A stretch of 42,895 nucleotides of DNA from an uncultured Candidatus Saccharibacteria bacterium (GCA_964359755.1 CAYHUB010000001.1:105797-148691), one strand, 5' to 3'; counted from the first letter of the stretch, positions 8,942-17,445 are shown. Translations and numbers: made by a program. Notes: generated from the sequence alone by a model not told the origin.

Positions 8942-10417
8942 ATTGTGAAAATGTGCAAAGAATCTTTGTTTCATATCCTCCGCGGTCTTGCGCGCGGCAA
9001 GCTCGAACGCCTTGCCGGCATAGGGTATTTGTTTTGTGTAGTCAATAAAATGCTGGTTGTCCCTTTCCCATTTCCTTGCTAATGAATAGCCGTATGTTTT
9101 AATCGATGCGCCAAACAGATCAAAACTGATCACTCGCCTGACTATCGGCCACAGAGAGTAGAATGCTTTGGTGGCATCCACAGTTCCTTGTTGCAGCTCG
9201 TACGGCGTCATGCGCATCGGCTGAAACACCACATGATGGGTATCGTACAGACTCCAGTCTGTATTGATGATGCGTTTTTGCTCCGTAAGCTCGAGGTAGC
9301 ACCTCGTGCCGGGCAATGGCGTAAGAATAAGGAACTGCACCGAATTAAGCTTGTTCTTTTTGGCGAACGCGACGGTTTCCCGAATGGTATGTATGGTGTC
9401 TTGGTCGGAACCGAACACGAACATGCCGTGGATCCTGATACCGCGTTTATGCAGTTCCTTGATGCATTCGCGTATGTCATCAACTGACTGCTTTTTATTA
9501 TACGCCTTCAGCGTCTCCGGGTTCACCGACTCAAAGCCGATATACACGGTATGACATCCCGATTGCATCATAAGATCAAGGAGTTCCGGATCCTTCGCGA
9601 CATCCACACGCACTTGCGCTGTCCAGCGTGGCGTGACCCCTTCTCTGATCATCTCCCGCAAAAGCTCTTTCGTTCTCGTTTTGTTTGCGCAAAAGTTGTC
9701 GTCGTAGAAAAACACCCACTTCCCGTTGTGCTTTTTGTTCCTCCATAACTCCTCCATGACGCGCTCATTCGAGCGAAATCGGTATTTCTGCCCGAACATG
9801 CCCGTTACCGAACAAAAACTGCAGTCGTACGGACATCCGCGCGATGTCATCACAGGGGTTATGTTGAGCTTCTTTGCATAGTCCCCCTCCAACCCCGCGA
9901 TAAGCGAAAAATCAGGGCATGGAAGTTTGTCGAGATCCTTACATGTTGCGGGTACAGAATTGTGGATCACTCCCCTCTTTTTCCTGTAGGAGAGCCCGGG
10001 GATATTCTCAAATCCCCCTCCGTTTTCGAGTGCTTGGATAAAATCCACGATGCAATCATCCGCTTCGCCGCGCACCACGTAATTGCAATACTTGAGCGCC
10101 TCATCGGGCAGGTATGTCACATGGGGGCCTCCCATAAAAACTGGGACCTTCCCTTTGAGAAGTGCCGCAATTTCATACGCGCGAGGGGCGGTAGATGTGG
10201 TGGTAGAAATACCGACTGCATCGGCGGAAAGTAACTTCTTAAAGTTGATCCTTTGGATTGACTCCACGAAAATCGTGACTTCATACCCGCGATTTTTAAG
10301 AATAGTTCCCAAAATCACGGTTCCAAGTCGCGGCAACGGCATTCGCTTAAACACATGCTCGCTCGGTGGCCTCGGCTCAATAAATACGATCCTTTCTATT
10401 CCCTGTCTTACTCGCAT
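8927..10417 (-). CDS. B12-binding-domain radical SAM enzyme
   Basis: N-terminal Rossmann-like B12-binding region (LPRLGTVILGTILKNRGYEVTIF). Radical SAM cluster motif SRGCPYDCSFCSV (CxxxCxxC). AGGAGG-type RBS upstream (AAAAGGAGGTTAAATATG). Confidence 0.85.
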   Translation of the reverse strand: MRVRQGIERIVFIEPRPPSEHVFKRMPLPRLGTVILGTILKNRGYEVTIFVESIQRINFKKLLSADAVGISTTTSTAPRAYEIAALLKGKVPVFMGGPHVTYLPDEALKYCNYVVRGEADDCIVDFIQALENGGGFENIPGLSYRKKRGVIHNSVPATCKDLDKLPCPDFSLIAGLEGDYAKKLNITPVMTSRGCPYDCSFCSVTGMFGQKYRFRSNERVMEELWRNKKHNGKWVFFYDDNFCANKTRTKELLREMIREGVTPRWTAQVRVDVAKDPELLDLMMQSGCHTVYIGFESVNPETLKAYNKKQSVDDIRECIKELHKRGIRIHGMFVFGSDQDTIHTIRETVAFAKKNKLNSVQFLILTPLPGTRCYLELTEQKRIINTDWSLYDTHHVVFQPMRMTPYELQQGTVDATKAFYSLWPIVRRVISFDLFGASIKTYGYSLARKWERDNQHFIDYTKQIPYAGKAFELAARKTAEDMKQRFFAHFHNTPGK

Positions 10418-10464
10418 ATTTAACCTCCTTTTAGGTTTTTTATTAAATTGTTAACGTTCTACCC

Positions 10465-10499
10465 GGATAAAACAATAATACACGCACAGATATGCGTGT
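10465..10499 (-). terminator. Candidate terminator after the epimerase gene
   Basis: The minus strand reads ACACGCATATCTGTGCGTGT (7-bp stem) followed by ATTATTGTTTTAT. Confidence 0.4.
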
Positions 10500-10537
10500 C
10501 AACGCTTCAAAAAGAATATTATGAGCGCAAACCGCGA

Positions 10538-11497
10538 CTACACCCTCTCTTCAAACCATGCGATCGTTTTTTGTAATCCTTCTGCAAAATCAATCTTCGG
10601 CGCATATCCAAGTATTCTTTTCGCTTTGCCGATATCCGCATGCGAATGCCTCACGTCGCCAGGCCGCGAAGGATGTTTTTTTAGATGGAGTTTTTTTCCT
10701 GTGTATTGTTCAATAAGCCGCTTCACCGTAAGCAGATCTGTCCGCTCCCCGTGCGCAATATTAAACACCTCTCCTTTGAGTTTTTTCTTTGAGCGCATCG
10801 CCTTGATATTTGCCTCGACGACGTTCGCAACGTAGCAAAAATCGCGCGATTGTTTTCCATTTCCGTCGAGAAACGGTTGTGCGGCTTTTTTGGGAAAATA
10901 TAATCCTTCAAGCCAGTTACAGATCACGGTCGCATACGAAGAACCGCCGTATTGGCCGGGACCGAATACATTAAAATAGCGCAGCGAGACCGTATCAAGT
11001 CCGTACAATTCGCTGAACATCTTACAAAATGGCTCCCCTGTATATTTCTGCAGACCATAGGGCGAGATAGGGCTTGGAGGATTTTCGCTTTCTTTCGTAG
11101 GCAGTTTTTTCGCGCCGCCATACACCGCTGACGATGCGGAATAAATAAACCGTTTCACATTGTGATCACGACTCTTTTCCAAAAGAAGCACGGTACCATA
11201 TATGTTCACGTGCGTTGTTTTTGCGGGATGCTCCACGCTATAAGACACCCGCGGCATTGCCGCAAAATGAAACACATATTCCGGCGCATGCTTTTTGAAA
11301 ATCGTATTGAGAAGTTTTTCATCGCACACTGACCCCTCGTAAAACACAATTCCCGAGTCAAGCGCATCGCGCCTGCCGGTTGAAAAATCATCAATGCCGA
11401 CAATTTTTATCGCGGGAAATCTCCGGTGAAATGTGCGTACAAAATTTCCCCCAATAAATCCCGCGCATCCCGTCACTAAGATCGTTTTCTTTTTCAT
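10538..11497 (-). CDS. NAD-dependent nucleotide-sugar epimerase/dehydratase (extended SDR; UDP-hexose 4-epimerase-like)
   Basis: Start set at MKKKTILVTGCAGFIGG (GxxGxxG), directly after the upstream stop at 11499. SAVYG and the YGLQK (YxxxK) catalytic motif are present. Confidence 0.85.
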   Translation of the reverse strand: MKKKTILVTGCAGFIGGNFVRTFHRRFPAIKIVGIDDFSTGRRDALDSGIVFYEGSVCDEKLLNTIFKKHAPEYVFHFAAMPRVSYSVEHPAKTTHVNIYGTVLLLEKSRDHNVKRFIYSASSAVYGGAKKLPTKESENPPSPISPYGLQKYTGEPFCKMFSELYGLDTVSLRYFNVFGPGQYGGSSYATVICNWLEGLYFPKKAAQPFLDGNGKQSRDFCYVANVVEANIKAMRSKKKLKGEVFNIAHGERTDLLTVKRLIEQYTGKKLHLKKHPSRPGDVRHSHADIGKAKRILGYAPKIDFAEGLQKTIAWFEERV

Positions 11498-11498
11498 G

Positions 11499-11828
11499 TT
11501 ATTGCTCGGTCGCGGTGTTTTCATCTATTTCATCTATCTCTTGATTTAACTTTCCTTGAAAAAGTTTTTGGGTGAGCGCATTGAGCTCCTGTGCCGTAAA
11601 GGAAAAACCGCGCTCTTCGAAATGCTTTTTCAGCGTATCGCGCTTGTCCTTGCTACCACGCATATCCGTATACTCAAGAACATTCCCGGCGGTATCGAGA
11701 TAAAAAAAGTACTCCATTTCATTTGTTTCCGGATTACCGTACACCTCCGCAATCGTCTCATCGGGAAGAACGACTTTGGTGAGAAGTTTTTCCGGTGAGC
11801 GCGATGGTTGTTTATCAAGCTTTTCCAT
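11499..11828 (-). CDS. Hypothetical protein
   Basis: 109-aa ORF tightly packed between neighbouring genes. No recognisable motif. Confidence 0.45.
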   Translation of the reverse strand: MEKLDKQPSRSPEKLLTKVVLPDETIAEVYGNPETNEMEYFFYLDTAGNVLEYTDMRGSKDKRDTLKKHFEERGFSFTAQELNALTQKLFQGKLNQEIDEIDENTATEQ

Positions 11829-11837
11829 ACGAAAGAA

Positions 11838-12299
11838 TTACCATAATTCCGGCTTTATTATTGAAAGTGTCATCGTCCCTAATGGTAACACAATAATAGC
11901 TACTCCAAAAAAATACAAGCGATGGAGCAGGGTAAAAAAATCGGGCGGAAGCGATTCGCTGAAGTTTGCAGTAATGCGAAGAAGTTTATAATAAGCGGGA
12001 ATAAAAAAGCAAACCCATAGCAAAACAGAAAGCGCAAACAACGCCAAACCTGCAATGAGCCAGCTTTGTGAAAAAAGACCTCCAACGTAAGGTGCCTGGA
12101 AAAAACCCGATAGGGTGATCATAATAATCCCCGGGGCGGTAACGAACATATTGATCTGATGCGTCCGTTTCACTGCAGACCGCATCATGGTTTCCTGCCC
12201 GCGCCTCTCGGCAAAAAAAAGCCATTTCAGGGAAACGATCATGCCGCCAAAAAACAAAACGACGCCGAGTATATGGAGGATATCGTACAGTTCGTGCAT
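11838..12299 (-). CDS. Hypothetical integral membrane protein (about 4 TM helices)
   Basis: Four hydrophobic segments, e.g. ILHILGVVLFFGGMIVSL, MFVTAPGIIMITLSGFF and IAGLALFALSVLLWVCFFI. Family not recognised with confidence. Confidence 0.55.
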   Translation of the reverse strand: MHELYDILHILGVVLFFGGMIVSLKWLFFAERRGQETMMRSAVKRTHQINMFVTAPGIIMITLSGFFQAPYVGGLFSQSWLIAGLALFALSVLLWVCFFIPAYYKLLRITANFSESLPPDFFTLLHRLYFFGVAIIVLPLGTMTLSIIKPELW

Positions 12300-12303
12300 G
12301 ATA

Positions 12304-14412
12304 TTAATCTACCGTAATTATATACGCATTCCCGTCGGTAAAGAAGGGATCGCCGGAAAAATTACTGCCCAAAACAGGGCTGACAAATTGTACTTTCTCC
12401 GATTGAAACGCTACGCCGGCACCTATGAAACTTGAAAAAACATATTCTCGCTCGGTATCAATGTCGGGGCGTATCGCGTGCGTGATCCCCCACTTGATAC
12501 GAACATCAAAGCTCGCGGTACCGACATATATGCGTTTTCCGTCGTGCGTAATAATCGGTGTCTTCCATATCCGCACATGGTGGCGCTCGCGCACGGTGTT
12601 TTTTTCCGTCATTTGTTCAAACCCAAGAGCGTGCGGCACCGTATTCCAAAATGACGATGTGATGGGTGCGTTTGCATATCCCTTATTTTGCACCGCAGCA
12701 ACCGCGAGTTTTGAGATAGAAGCAAGAGTTGCAAAATCAGCACGCTCCCAGCCCGCACGGGTAAATAATTCGGTCAGGCGCTCGTCGTTTTCCACAGCAA
12801 TGATGAAACTCACCGGTTCTTGAAAACTCCCTGTAAGTGTTTCCGTATATGAAGGCACCCGTCCCTGCGTAAACAAATCTCGCGCCGCATACGCATCAAC
12901 CACTTGCATCACCGGTATTTCGGTACTATGCGCATTCACCGGCGGATGATACCGCGTCGCAAAGCCGATATACAACACAACTCCGAGAATACTCAAGCCG
13001 AGCGTCATCCACGTTTTTATGGAACGCTTCAGTACGACACCATGCAAGCGATCAAATATACGCGGTGGCAATAATTCGGACAGTGTAATACCAAGCAACA
13101 GCCACAATGCGCCGATAAGATACCCTCCCCACACATCGCTCAGGTAATGCACGCCAAGATATAGCCGGCTAAACCCGATAAATGCGATCGTCATGACCCC
13201 GCCGATTGCCATATTGATCTTCCACTTCCATTGCGAAAAGAGGCGAAAAAGAATGTACGCGCAAAATCCGTAAAACGCGACGGCGATCGTTGCATGTCCA
13301 CTTGGAAATGAAAAAGAGTCCTCGCTATAAAATGCATTCAAAGGGCGAGGACGGTGCACGATGATCTTGCTCACAAAAACAAAAAGCTCCGCGCCGATCG
13401 CCGCAACCCACAAAGGAGCGATGAACTTCCGTTTATTCCATATAAAGAGAATGAACGTGATCAGGGGTAAAAACCCCGCAACTATTTTCCATTTTCCCAA
13501 AAGCGTCACCCATGTAAAAAAGCGAATGAGGTCGGCATCGCGAAACACCGCAAGCGCATTCGCCGCGCGAATATCGGCTTCTACTATCACGTCTGAGGTA
13601 AGCACATCTTCCGTTACGCCAATAAAAAGAAGCGCAATGTATGCCATTGCCAACGCAAAAATTGTCATGGGCAAGCCGGAAAACGTCGCGGCGCTCACAC
13701 GGCGGGCGAAAAAAGCGATGGCCAACGGGTGTTTTTGCATCAGGCGTTGTGTATCGGGATGCGCAAAAAACGCATCACGTATCGAACGACTCGTTGACCC
13801 GATAAATACAAAGATTGGCGCGCTTTTTTTAAACACAAGCCACACCACCCCCGTAACAAGAAGAAATCCGAGCACAAAAAATCCCGCGCGCGTCGACCAT
13901 GCCTCGATCGCCTTGAATGCCCCGCCGAAAAAATAACCCAAAAATAAATGAAAAATAGCCCACGCAAACCCGCTCGCCACATTCCAAAAAATAAATGTCT
14001 GTATTTTCATACTGCTCAGGCCTGCGACAAACGGCACAATGGGGCGGATGGGGCCGATGAACCTGCCTAAAAAAATACTTTTACCGCCGTATCGCTCAAA
14101 AAAGCGCTGCGCGCGCTCAAGATGGCTCACTTTCAGGAGTTTATTCTCTGCCCGAAAAAAATTGGTTCCTTTCGTGCCAAGATAATAGCTCACCGCATCA
14201 CCGAGGATCGCGCCTATCGCGGCAAACCATATCAGATCCCCTATATGAAAATACCCTTGTGTAGAAAGAAATCCGGCAAGCACCATAAGAGATGCGCCAG
14301 GCATAAGCGCGCCGACAAACGCAAGCGCTTCAAAAAACGCAATCAAAAAAATAACCCAATATCCGAGAGCTCCAAGATTATCTAAATATGGGAGAAATGA
14401 AAATGTGTCCAT
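12304..14412 (-). CDS. Three-part membrane fusion: DedA/SNARE-associated domain, PAP2 lipid phosphatase and a LssY-like C-terminal domain
   Basis: DedA-like N-terminus (GYWVIFLIAFFEALAFVGALMPG...RFIGPIRPIVPFVAG). PAP2 motifs RPRP...PSGHAT...SRLYLGVHYLSDV. Soluble C-terminal ~200 aa resembling LssY_C (WNTVPHALGFE...ERHHVRIW). Confidence 0.75.
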   Translation of the reverse strand: MDTFSFLPYLDNLGALGYWVIFLIAFFEALAFVGALMPGASLMVLAGFLSTQGYFHIGDLIWFAAIGAILGDAVSYYLGTKGTNFFRAENKLLKVSHLERAQRFFERYGGKSIFLGRFIGPIRPIVPFVAGLSSMKIQTFIFWNVASGFAWAIFHLFLGYFFGGAFKAIEAWSTRAGFFVLGFLLVTGVVWLVFKKSAPIFVFIGSTSRSIRDAFFAHPDTQRLMQKHPLAIAFFARRVSAATFSGLPMTIFALAMAYIALLFIGVTEDVLTSDVIVEADIRAANALAVFRDADLIRFFTWVTLLGKWKIVAGFLPLITFILFIWNKRKFIAPLWVAAIGAELFVFVSKIIVHRPRPLNAFYSEDSFSFPSGHATIAVAFYGFCAYILFRLFSQWKWKINMAIGGVMTIAFIGFSRLYLGVHYLSDVWGGYLIGALWLLLGITLSELLPPRIFDRLHGVVLKRSIKTWMTLGLSILGVVLYIGFATRYHPPVNAHSTEIPVMQVVDAYAARDLFTQGRVPSYTETLTGSFQEPVSFIIAVENDERLTELFTRAGWERADFATLASISKLAVAAVQNKGYANAPITSSFWNTVPHALGFEQMTEKNTVRERHHVRIWKTPIITHDGKRIYVGTASFDVRIKWGITHAIRPDIDTEREYVFSSFIGAGVAFQSEKVQFVSPVLGSNFSGDPFFTDGNAYIITVD

Positions 14413-14436
14413 ATGTTCCGGATATACAATGCGCTC

Positions 14437-15609
14437 CTAGCCATTTTTTACCGCGCGCGCCACCGCCCTCATCACGCCTTTATCGAAAACACTGGGAATT
14501 ATCTTCTTTGATGTAGGGTTCTTAACAATCTTCGCCAAATTTTCCGCGGCCTTTAACTTCATTTCGTCGGTGATCATTTTCACTCGTCCGTCCAGCGCGC
14601 CGCGAAATATCCCCGGGAAAGCCAAGACATTATTTATTTGATTGGGAAAATCCGATCTGCCGGTCGCCACAATGAACGCGCCGGCCTTTTTGGCGACCTC
14701 TGGCATAATTTCCGGCACGGGATTGGACATCGCAAATACTATTGATTTATCCGCCATCGTTTTCACCATTTCTCCGGTCAAAATATTCGGCGCCGATACG
14801 CCGATAAAAACATCCGTGTTTTTTATCGTTTCCGCCAAATTTCCCTTTTCACATTTTAATGTGCTGACCCGCGGATTATTTTTACATCCAAGATTGGTAA
14901 TTTCCGCCAATTGCTTTTTTGATTCATTCAAATTTCCCCGGTCAAAATATATCGCGCCAATGCTATCGAGCGTTATGATGTTTTTGGCGCCATATTGCAA
15001 TAGTAGTTTGGTTATCGCCACACCCGCCGCGCCCGCGCCCGAGAGCACGATTTTTATTGTAGCAATATCTTTTTTGGCAACTTTCAGCGCGTTGATCAAG
15101 GCCGCAAGCACCACAATCGCCGTGCCGTGCTGGTCGTCATGCATTACGGGAATATCTAATTCTTTTTTTAATCTTTCTTCTATTTCAAAACATCGGGGCG
15201 CGGAAATATCCTCCAAATTTATACCGCCAAAACTCGGAGCGATCGCTTTGACTATTTTTATAATTTCTTCCGTGTTTTGCGTGGCAAGCACTATCGGCAC
15301 CGCATCCACATCGGCGAATTGTTTAAACAGCATCGCTTTGCCCTCCATCACCGGCAAAGCAGCCTCGGGACCGATATTGCCAAGCCCAAGCACCGCTGAA
15401 CCGTCCGACACCACCGCCACCGTGTTTTTACGGACGGTCAGATCCCACACCAACTTTTTATCGGCGGCGATCGCTTTGGATACCGCTCCCACTCCGGGTG
15501 TATAACACACGCTCAGATCGTTGAAATTTTTAATAGCAACTTTATTTTTTGTTCCGATCTTCCCACCTAGTTTTTTGTGGAGGGCGAGAGATTTTTTGTA
15601 ATAATCCAT
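14437..15609 (-). CDS. NAD(P)-dependent malic enzyme (short bacterial/archaeal type)
   Basis: SLALHKKLGGKI, LSVCYTPGV, VVSDGSAVLGLGNIG, INLEDI and SGAGAAG are typical of small malic enzymes. Confidence 0.88.
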   Translation of the reverse strand: MDYYKKSLALHKKLGGKIGTKNKVAIKNFNDLSVCYTPGVGAVSKAIAADKKLVWDLTVRKNTVAVVSDGSAVLGLGNIGPEAALPVMEGKAMLFKQFADVDAVPIVLATQNTEEIIKIVKAIAPSFGGINLEDISAPRCFEIEERLKKELDIPVMHDDQHGTAIVVLAALINALKVAKKDIATIKIVLSGAGAAGVAITKLLLQYGAKNIITLDSIGAIYFDRGNLNESKKQLAEITNLGCKNNPRVSTLKCEKGNLAETIKNTDVFIGVSAPNILTGEMVKTMADKSIVFAMSNPVPEIMPEVAKKAGAFIVATGRSDFPNQINNVLAFPGIFRGALDGRVKMITDEMKLKAAENLAKIVKNPTSKKIIPSVFDKGVMRAVARAVKNG

Positions 15610-15792
15610 TTTAAATACTTTCGTATATACGCTCTTTTTACTATTACTTACTCTTTGTTACCTTCAAGTATTTCCTTGCATCATTTAACATAGCCGCTCC
15701 TCTAAATCATAATCTCATCAAGCTCTTCATTCATGGAATAAAGCCTCTTTAATGACCTTTTCATGTCTCTCCTCAATCCATCGCTTATTTAA

Positions 15793-16671
15793 TTACAAAA
15801 TTTCTTTCAACCAATCAACAACCGCCAATGCCATTTGTTTCTCATGTTTGAAATAGCTATGCGGTGCTGTGCCAATCAATAAGGTTTTTGACTTCTTGTT
15901 TTTGAGATGTTTCTTGATAATCCCTAAATCTTTTTCTGGCGAGAACACAACTGCGTCATCAGTACCACCATAAAAAGCTAGAATTGGAATTTTTATGCTT
16001 TCCAATTCATTAAAATCACCGCCCCTAAGAATTGGAAAGACGTCCGTCTCGGCTCCGTCAGCCATAAGATTAAGATATGTTTCCGCAGAAATATAATACC
16101 AGCTCCAGATTATATTTGAGAGAAAAGTTTTGCCACGGCCTTCAGCAACTAATTTTTTTGCTTCGGCAAAATCTCTTTCAAAATTCTCTCCTTCCGCTTC
16201 TACTCTAACCAAGCCCAACATATCGGGTGGTGAAGCTATGACAAGCGCCACAAAATCACTCTCCGGTTTCTTATAGAGGTAATAAACGACTTTTGTGGCT
16301 CCCAAGCTATGTCCTTGTAAAATGAGCTTGTCGTAACCCTTTGATTTGAAAAATTTGAGCCATGCGTCAATATCGGAAACACAATCTTCAAATTTCTCAA
16401 AAATCTGTCCGACTCTTTTGTGCTGTTCTTTCTCACCGATAACTGCGAGATCGGCAATAAAATCGTGGCCGCTGGTATTTACGGTCAAAAATGCGTATCC
16501 GGCTTTAGTATATTCTTCGGCCATTGAGTCAAGAAATATATTTTCGTAGAAATTTCCTGCCATTCCGTGAATATGCAAAACTCCAATGGAAGATTTTTGG
16601 TCCGGCTCAAAAAGTAAACCATCCAATCTCAAGTTGTCGTCAGTTTTTGTTCTGCAAAAAGTAGTTTTCAT
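15793..16671 (-). CDS. Alpha/beta-fold hydrolase
   Basis: Nucleophile elbow GHSLGA preceded by LILQ. HIHGMAGNF oxyanion region and a C-terminal PH..F motif. Visibly more AT-rich than its neighbours. Confidence 0.7.
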   Translation of the reverse strand: MKTTFCRTKTDDNLRLDGLLFEPDQKSSIGVLHIHGMAGNFYENIFLDSMAEEYTKAGYAFLTVNTSGHDFIADLAVIGEKEQHKRVGQIFEKFEDCVSDIDAWLKFFKSKGYDKLILQGHSLGATKVVYYLYKKPESDFVALVIASPPDMLGLVRVEAEGENFERDFAEAKKLVAEGRGKTFLSNIIWSWYYISAETYLNLMADGAETDVFPILRGGDFNELESIKIPILAFYGGTDDAVVFSPEKDLGIIKKHLKNKKSKTLLIGTAPHSYFKHEKQMALAVVDWLKEIL

Positions 16672-16753
16672 AAAATTATTTAACTAAACCTTCCATTGGA
16701 ACGCCTAACGCTTTGGCGACTTTCTGAACCGTTAAAGGAAATAGGTTGTATCT

Positions 16754-16789
16754 ACAGCTCGAAGCCTTCGATCTCTCTTCGAGAGCTGT
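16754..16789 (-). terminator. Hairpin downstream of tRNA-Ser (candidate terminator)
   Basis: The minus strand reads ACAGCTCTCGAAG-AGAGAT-CGAAGGCTTCGAGCTGT, an 11-bp stem with one bulge, followed by a moderately T-rich tract. Confidence 0.3.
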
Positions 16790-16792
16790 GGT

Positions 16793-16815
16793 CTCTGATA
16801 CCTTGCGGTATGCCG
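16793..16815 (-). repeat. 23-nt exact copy of the tRNA-Ser variable-arm/T-stem segment
   Basis: ctctgataccttgcggtatgccg occurs at 16793-16815 and again inside the tRNA at 16868-16890. Confidence 0.9.
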
Positions 16816-16846
16816 TCTTTCTCCCAATAATTCATTTTCTGCAGCG

Positions 16847-16931
16847 CGGAGGCGAGAGGATTTGAACCTCTGATACCTTGCGGTATGCCGCCTTTCCAAG
16901 ACGGTGCACTAGGCCACTATGCGACGCCTCC
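16847..16931 (-). tRNA. tRNA-Ser (anticodon GGA), class II with long variable arm; CCA not encoded
   Basis: Hand fold: GGAGGCG-TC-GCAT-AGTGGCCTA-GTGC-A-CCGTC-TTGGAAA-GGCGG-CATACCGCAAGGTATC-AGAGG-TTCAAAT-CCTCT-CGCCTCC-G. All stems pair, the T-loop is TTCAAAT, and the length is 85 nt. Confidence 0.9.
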
Positions 16932-17004
16932 GCGCTAAAGAAAATAGAATTATGGTGGACTGCTGTTTGTACGCCAATCTCTTCGCTCTTGGACAAACAG
17001 GGAG

Positions 17005-17059
17005 CAAGACGGTGCACTATGTCCCTGCCTGCCGGCAGGCAGGACTATGCGACTCCTCC
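17005..17059 (-). pseudogene. tRNA-Ser-like 5' half (acceptor to anticodon stem) with a GC palindrome in place of the D-loop GG
   Basis: GGAGGAGTCGCATAGT[CCTGCCTGCCGGCAGGCAGGGACA]TAGTGCACCGTCTTG matches the intact tRNA 5' half. No matching 3' acceptor strand (CTCCTCC) lies downstream. Confidence 0.7.
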
Positions 17060-17073
17060 CTATTTATAATATT

Positions 17074-17445
17074 CTATGCTCTTGCCTCACCTCTCCCAAT
17101 ATCGGAACCACCACTTTTTTGCCGCGCCCTCACCTTTTTTGCCACGACCTCAGCTTTTTCCACCATTAGCTTATTTAACAGCATTGCGGCAAATTCAACA
17201 CTTGGATCTCCCTGCAATCGCAGTTCGCTTTCAAGAGCTTCCCTTCTCTGCGTGATATCCGCCTCCGCAAGCCTACCCTGCAAAAGTTTTTCAAGCAATA
17301 TCAGATCCTTTGCATCAAGATCGTCCCATATAACACCCTCGAGATGGGGATCCTGCCTAGCTGCATCAAATCGCTCATGCAATATGCTATCACGGGGTGT
17401 TTCTTGAAAATGCCGCTCTAAGCTTCCCATAATATTATTATACAT
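17074..17445 (-). CDS. Hypothetical protein (alpha-helical, charged)
   Basis: 123-aa ORF overlapping the htpX stop by 8 nt. No recognisable family. Confidence 0.45.
   Translation of the reverse strand: MYNNIMGSLERHFQETPRDSILHERFDAARQDPHLEGVIWDDLDAKDLILLEKLLQGRLAEADITQRREALESELRLQGDPSVEFAAMLLNKLMVEKAEVVAKKVRARQKSGGSDIGRGEARA

Larger units (their letters stand above)
16676..16831 (-). pseudogene. Start-less remnant of a possible XRE-type HTH gene, fused to a tRNA-Ser fragment
   Basis: Open frame without any ATG/GTG/TTG start. It ends ...RYNLFPLTVQKVAKALGVPMEGLVK*, resembling the C-terminal helices of XRE-family HTH proteins. Its 5' third is the duplicated tRNA-Ser segment. The stop is 4 nt before the hydrolase ATG. 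Confidence 0.3.

Noticed and set aside
14642-15505. 287-aa plus-strand ORF
   Set aside because: It lies entirely antisense to the well-supported malic enzyme gene. The translation is low-complexity (S/A/I/F-rich) with no motifs, which is typical of shadow ORFs.
17005-17059. A possible second functional tRNA gene
   Set aside because: Only the 5' half is present. No complementary 3' acceptor strand, T-arm or anticodon-stem 3' strand follows, and the D-loop is disrupted by a palindrome.
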